This document shows positions 59,215 to 64,000 of a stretch of DNA of 64,000 bases, piece by piece (position 1 is the stretch's first letter; each line of letters begins with the position of its first letter). The stretch is from an uncultured Methanosarcinales archaeon. GTDB lineage: Archaea > Halobacteriota > Methanosarcinia > Methanotrichales > Methanotrichaceae. The stretch covers positions 32,001 through 96,000 of the forward strand of contig CAWJKV010000014.1 in assembly GCA_963843555.1 (NCBI GenBank), written 5' to 3'. Position numbers and translations under genes: made by a program. The notes under the pieces were generated by a model, which worked only from the letters and a program-made list of their open reading frames with translations, was not told the origin of the DNA and ran no database searches.

Positions 59215-60012
59215 TCAAAGGTATTCGAGCAATGCCCGGATGTGTTCCAGATTAGTTGTATATCTGGCCTCCAGCAGCGGAGTGCATCTGTCCAGAGCCG
59301 TCTCCCTTCCTACCAGCTTTATGGCGAAAGCGTAGCAGCTCTGCTCTCCACAGATCTGGCAATCGGTCTTGGGAAGATATTGGTAGATCTCGGCATGGTC
59401 TACTTTGATCTTCTCTCTGGGAACAGGAGTCACACCTTTGACTATGGCCTCGTTGATGGTCCTCTTCAAATCCTCTAAAGTCTCACGGGCTTCTGCCTCA
59501 CTCCTGATCATGGTCATGGTAACGCTGCCAGTGGAATAGATAGTGATGAGGACATTTCCCTTCTGGATGATCAGAGCTCCAATCTTCTCCGAGTATCTGG
59601 CCCGCGGAAACAGAGGCTCCAGGAGATTGAGGGCACCGCCAAGAGGAGGCTCAAAGCGGGCGATTATCCTGAACTTAGTGCTATCGGCTATGCAGGGCAA
59701 GAGCTGGCGCAACTCGACGACTTCCAGGGGCTTTGTACCTGCCAGGTCCTTCTTTACCTCTGCCGGCTTATCGACCTTGGTTTCCATAAAGTTCTTTCCA
59801 AAATCGGTTAGGACTACAGCATCTTCCTTTATCTCAATCAAGCCAGCCTGCTGCAGCATTTGCAGGTGATAGTCCAGCATGGAGCCTCCTGCAGCCTGCT
59901 CGACCTCTTCTCTTGTTCTATCCTTTTCCACCAGCGCGGCCATGATCTTTCTTCTCGTGGCATTGGCCATGGCATTGCTCACGAGCTTGACATCTGTCTG
60001 TCCTCCAACCAT
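59215..60012 (-). CDS. ArsR-like wHTH + Fe-S domain protein (copy 2)
   Basis: Near-identical to 35575-36372. Confidence 0.85.
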   Translation of the reverse strand: MVGGQTDVKLVSNAMANATRRKIMAALVEKDRTREEVEQAAGGSMLDYHLQMLQQAGLIEIKEDAVVLTDFGKNFMETKVDKPAEVKKDLAGTKPLEVVELRQLLPCIADSTKFRIIARFEPPLGGALNLLEPLFPRARYSEKIGALIIQKGNVLITIYSTGSVTMTMIRSEAEARETLEDLKRTINEAIVKGVTPVPREKIKVDHAEIYQYLPKTDCQICGEQSCYAFAIKLVGRETALDRCTPLLEARYTTNLEHIRALLEYL

Positions 60013-60068
60013 ACTGTCCACCCGGGTTTACAAATCAATCTTGAAAGAGCGCTCTTTTCCTCATAGCA

Positions 60069-60509
60069 TCATTTTATCTTCAACAGACGGGCCAAATTGA
60101 CCATATCCATAACTGCCCCATCCGAGATCCTGTAAAAGCACCATTTCCCTTGCTTTCTCTCCTTTATCAGGCCTGCGTCCTCAAGTATGGATAGATTATG
60201 GGATATGGAGGACTGCGGTTTTTTGAGAGCCAGCATTATCTCACAAACGCAAAGCTCCCCTCCAGTCAGAAGTTTGAGAATCTTGAGCCTGGTTGCATCT
60301 GCTGCAGCCTTAAAGACCTTTATCTCGGTGGTTAGTTCATCTTCATCCATATTTTTTACTTGTGAGCATACATGAAGACATCGCTCTCTAGCTATGCTAC
60401 CATCACCATAAAGCCGGAGAAGGGTTCTTTCTGCTTCACAGCAAGCGCCTTCGTCCTGGCAGGATTCCTTTGCTCCTCCCGGCAATCTTTTGCGAGGGAT
60501 TACTGGCAT
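60069..60509 (-). CDS. arsR: ArsR repressor with Cys-rich N-terminal extension
   Basis: FKAAADATRL, ELCVCEIM; SCQDEGACCE...RLYGD. Confidence 0.85.
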   Translation of the reverse strand: MPVIPRKRLPGGAKESCQDEGACCEAERTLLRLYGDGSIARERCLHVCSQVKNMDEDELTTEIKVFKAAADATRLKILKLLTGGELCVCEIMLALKKPQSSISHNLSILEDAGLIKERKQGKWCFYRISDGAVMDMVNLARLLKIK

Positions 60510-60564
60510 TTCCTTATCCACCAATAGCACAGCCTAAGAGAGCGATTATTGATTCAACAGGTAG

Positions 60565-60589
60565 TCAATCCATTTAATCAATCCATTTA
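60565..60589. promoter_or_regulatory. Direct repeat TCAATCCATTTA x2 downstream of a minus-strand TATA box
   Basis: 13-bp period; minus-strand TTATATAT at 60593-60600. Confidence 0.45.
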
Positions 60590-60735
60590 TTCATATATAA
60601 GGATTTCTTGATTCGAAGTGAAATCGCTTCGTTTCGACTCAATTGTCGAGTGGGGCATGCATTATAGTAGTGGGGTCCCATCAGTATTCTATAAATGAAC
60701 TGACTTTGGGTAAACTACAGTTTCGAGGTTGAACT

Positions 60736-61878
60736 ATGCTCTACAGAAAGATGAAAAGAGTGGATTCCAAGCTCTCGATCTTGGGATTCGGATGCATGCG
60801 CCTTCCAATGAAGGAGAACGGCCAGATCGACGAAGAGCATGCTACAAAGATGCTGAGGTATGCCATCGACAACGGGGTGAACTACGTTGACACCGCCTAT
60901 CCCTATCATAATGGAGAGAGCGAGCCGTTCGTGGGACGCGCTCTTCAGGGCGGATACCGTGAAAAGGTCAGTCTTGCCACGAAGCTTCCCAGCTGGCTGA
61001 TCAAATCACGTGAGGACATGGACAGGTATCTGAATGAGCAACTTCTGCGTCTGCAGACCGATCACATCGACTTCTACCTTGTGCACGGACTCATGAAACC
61101 CTTCTGGGACAACCTTCGCAGGCTTCAGGTCACAAAGTTTCTGGATGAAGCTATAAATGACGGCAGAATACGATATGCTGGATTCTCGTTCCACGACGAA
61201 GTGGGATTGTTCAAGGAGATTGTGGATGCCTACGACTGGAGCTTCTGCCAGATCCAGTACAACTTCATGGATGAAGAGTACCAGGCGGGAACCGAGGGGC
61301 TCAGGTACGCGGCCGGGAAGGGATTGGGGATCGTTGTCATGGAACCATTAAGGGGAGGTATGCTCAGCAAAGAGATACCAGCTGTCAGTGATACATGGAA
61401 GACTGCTCCAGTCCCCCGAAGCCCAACCGAATGGGCGCTGCTGTGGGTCTGGAACCATCCCCAAGTTGCAGTGGTCCTCTCCGGCATGTCGGACTGCGAG
61501 CAGGTCGTGCAGAACATTGCTTATGCTGAAAAGGGACTTCCAGACTCGCTTTCCCCGACAGAACTCGATCTCTTTGATAAGGTCAAGGCCGAATACGGGA
61601 AAAGAATCAAGATTCCCTGCACAGGCTGCAGGTATTGCATGCCCTGTCCCTCCGGCGTCAGCATCCCCGAATGCTTTGAGATGTACAATACCGCCTGCAT
61701 GTTTGATGCCCCTGAAGTTGCCAAGTTTAACTACAATATAGTCCTGGGCGGCATGCTGACGGGGAATCCCGAATTCGCATCTCAATGCCAGGAATGTGGA
61801 GAGTGTGAGGAGAAATGCCCGCAAAAGATCCCCATACGCGATCATTTAAAGGAGGTAGTCAAGTACTTTGGAAAGTAG
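60736..61878 (+). CDS. Aldo/keto reductase with C-terminal Fe-S domain
   Basis: LGFGCMRLP, YVDTAYPY, ATKLP, CTGCRYCMPCP, CQECGECEEKCP. Confidence 0.93.
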   Translation: MLYRKMKRVDSKLSILGFGCMRLPMKENGQIDEEHATKMLRYAIDNGVNYVDTAYPYHNGESEPFVGRALQGGYREKVSLATKLPSWLIKSREDMDRYLNEQLLRLQTDHIDFYLVHGLMKPFWDNLRRLQVTKFLDEAINDGRIRYAGFSFHDEVGLFKEIVDAYDWSFCQIQYNFMDEEYQAGTEGLRYAAGKGLGIVVMEPLRGGMLSKEIPAVSDTWKTAPVPRSPTEWALLWVWNHPQVAVVLSGMSDCEQVVQNIAYAEKGLPDSLSPTELDLFDKVKAEYGKRIKIPCTGCRYCMPCPSGVSIPECFEMYNTACMFDAPEVAKFNYNIVLGGMLTGNPEFASQCQECGECEEKCPQKIPIRDHLKEVVKYFGK

Positions 61879-61987
61879 GAAAAGGAGGAAATCAGCGGAA
61901 GCAGGAAAGTACCAGAAACAGGAAAGTACCAAGAGTAGCAAAACAGCATTGCCTCGGATAGACTGCCCCCTGGTCGCAGAGGGCAGC

Positions 61988-62824
61988 TTACAGCCAATCA
62001 CCGTTGCCGTTGCCCATACTGGATTCAAAACCCCCTGAGTCTGTTCCCATAGCTCTATCGAAAGCCGCCGCTGACTCGTCATATCTGCCTAGAATTGAAA
62101 GAGCCTCTGCTTTCGCTGATAGGGCTTCGAGGTTATCGGGATCTGTCATCAATGCCCTGTTCAATGCCTGAAGGGATTCGTCAGCCCTTCCTGTATTCAA
62201 TAGAAGATTGCCTTTATCCAGCCAGGCCTGTCCGTAGAGAGGATTTAACTCGATGGCTCTATCCAAGGCTGCGAGGGCTTTATCCTGGGCCCCCAAATAT
62301 GAGTAAACCAGGGCCTGACCCCTCCAGGCTTCGGCATTATCGGGATCCAAGTCCAGAGCTCTTTGGAACGCCTGAAGTGATTTATTGTACATATTTGCTT
62401 CATCTATGGGATAGCGCTCCGCCATGGTTATGAGAGTGAAACCTTTGTTGCACCAGGCCGAAGGATTATTGGAATCATTCTCGGTCGCTTCATCGAGTGT
62501 CGAAACTGCCTCTTCAATCCTGCCCAGGTTCAGGAGAACGAGGCTCCTGTTCTCCAGGGCATTGAGATCTCCTGGATTGGCCATAAGATCCTCGTTGTAG
62601 ATCTCCAGGGCCCTTTCAAAGCTCTTATTAGCCTCCTCAAGCGACCCGCTCCATTTTAGTTTGTAGCCGTCTTTGATCAATTTTTCTGCAGGGTCCTCTT
62701 TTGCCGCGGCCATGATACACAGCCCTGCCAGGATTGCCAGAATGAGTGTAGCCCTCATCCATCCATTCAACTTATGATTATTGTCGAAACGCCCAACATC
62801 CGATAAATCATTATGTTTATCCAT
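61988..62824 (-). CDS. Secreted TPR protein
   Basis: Signal-like segment; repeated AW.NKG..L...A...FDRAL. Confidence 0.85.
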   Translation of the reverse strand: MDKHNDLSDVGRFDNNHKLNGWMRATLILAILAGLCIMAAAKEDPAEKLIKDGYKLKWSGSLEEANKSFERALEIYNEDLMANPGDLNALENRSLVLLNLGRIEEAVSTLDEATENDSNNPSAWCNKGFTLITMAERYPIDEANMYNKSLQAFQRALDLDPDNAEAWRGQALVYSYLGAQDKALAALDRAIELNPLYGQAWLDKGNLLLNTGRADESLQALNRALMTDPDNLEALSAKAEALSILGRYDESAAAFDRAMGTDSGGFESSMGNGNGDWL

Positions 62825-63054
62825 CTAACCACCTGATTCTGAGTCCTGAAATTAGGCCAAAAGTTGAAATTGAGCCAAAGGCGATAATTCGAAGGGAGAC
62901 CGAGTTTACTGTTTTTTCCACATTTGCCGTATCCATTCACGGCATTTGACGAGATTCGATGTTATTAGTCTTGCGGTCGGCGAACGTGTTGGATTTCGTT
63001 TCTATCCATGGTTGCGCCCTTTCGATCCAAAAAATGCGAAATTATCAAATACCA

Positions 63055-64000
63055 TCAATCGCCAAACCTCCTTATGAACCAGGTCTTCACTACTTGGGTC
63101 AGAATCACATAGCACACCATCATGACCGCCAAGAGCAGCCAATACTCCGACGGCAGGGGGACAAAACCGAGGGTATCGGCCAGAGGCGAGACCGTCAGCC
63201 ATGCACCGAAGGCAACAATAATCAAGGAACTGACGATCAATGGCCAGCTCGCCCGGCTTTCGATGAATGGGATCTTGTTGGTGCGGATGACATGAATGAT
63301 CAGAGTCTGGGTAAAGAGCGACTCTACAAACCAACCGGTGTGAAATAGTTCGGGATTGGTCCAGGCATTGAAGATGTAGAGCATAATGAAGAATGTCAGG
63401 TAATCGAAGATCGAGCTGATGGGTCCGATAAACAGAATGAAACGCTGGATATCGCCAATCGCCCACTTACGCGGCTTGGCCAGCCATTCGGGGTCGACAT
63501 CGTCCGTAGGAATGGTGGTCTGCGAAAAATCGTACAGCAGATTGTTCGTCAGCACCTGGATGGGTAGCATGGGCAGGAAGGGCAGGAAGGCACTGGCACC
63601 CACAACGCTTAACATATTGCCGAAGCTGGAAGAGGCCGCCATCTTGATGTACTTGATGATGTTGCCGAAGACTCGCCGCCCTTCCAATACACCCTGCTCC
63701 AGTATGAGCAGACTATTTTCCAGCAGAATGATGTCGGATGACTCCTTGGCGATGTCCACGGCGCTATCGACAGAAATGCCCACATCGGCAGCCTTCAAAG
63801 CCGGGGCGTCGTTGATGCCATCTCCCATGAAGCCGACGACGTGACCATTGCTTTGCAACGCGTGGACAACTCGCTCCTTGTGGGCAGGGACGAGCCTTGC
63901 AAAGACGCTTGCAGAGAGGACAGCTTCCGAAAGTTGTTGCTCATTCATCTTCTCGATTTGGGAACCGAGCAAGAGATTCTCGACAGGCATGCCTACTTGC
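63055..64000 (-). CDS. mgtA: Mg2+-transporting P-type ATPase (5' partial)
   Basis: FMGDGINDAPAL, SSSFGN, NNLLYD, TGWFVESL. Confidence 0.9.
   Translation of the reverse strand, partial: QVGMPVENLLLGSQIEKMNEQQLSEAVLSASVFARLVPAHKERVVHALQSNGHVVGFMGDGINDAPALKAADVGISVDSAVDIAKESSDIILLENSLLILEQGVLEGRRVFGNIIKYIKMAASSSFGNMLSVVGASAFLPFLPMLPIQVLTNNLLYDFSQTTIPTDDVDPEWLAKPRKWAIGDIQRFILFIGPISSIFDYLTFFIMLYIFNAWTNPELFHTGWFVESLFTQTLIIHVIRTNKIPFIESRASWPLIVSSLIIVAFGAWLTVSPLADTLGFVPLPSEYWLLLAVMMVCYVILTQVVKTWFIRRFGD

Noticed and set aside
61902..61931. CAGGAAAGTACCA direct repeat x2
   Set aside because: Two copies in a convergent intergenic gap with no associated function.

Overview
This window looks like archaeal methanogen DNA, most likely Methanothrix (Methanosaeta). 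That assignment is inferred from TATA-type promoters, GGAG/GGTGA ribosome-binding sites and the gene families present. 1-13.5 kb holds accessory genes: the end of a GH94/NdvB-like gene, an FAD oxidoreductase, an MFS exporter, a META protein, a bacterial-type arylsulfatase with a CLC-fold channel, an integrase relic and a secreted beta-rich protein with a decayed paralogue. 14.3-37 kb is a large arsenic/thiol-redox island. It has four ArsR genes, two ArsP/DUF318 permeases, acr3, arsD-arsA and a broken arsC. Interleaved with these is an exported redox apparatus: four secreted tandem-rhodanese-fold proteins that lack the canonical catalytic Cys (three carry a GECLPCGGGPS CxxC loop instead), two CcdA/DsbD-type membrane proteins, an exported thioredoxin, two CxC beta-helix proteins and an unannotated 50-aa Cys-rich peptide. 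Two related operator palindromes recur (ATATC-N10-GATAT and ATATG-N10-CATAT). 37-58 kb is mostly housekeeping or mixed: K+ channel, RlmJ-like protein, QueG-like protein, uvrA, radical SAM protein, tRNA-Cys abutting cysS, a RelE-type toxin-antitoxin pair between GC-rich inverted repeats, three acylphosphatase-coiled-coil paralogues and pspA-pspAA. 58-60.5 kb carries an intact ArsR / wHTH-FeS / DsrEFH-like sulfur-relay operon, and an inverted, partly decayed copy of it closes the arsenic island. Several single-base frameshifts may be assembly errors. All family calls come from motif recognition; no database searches were run.
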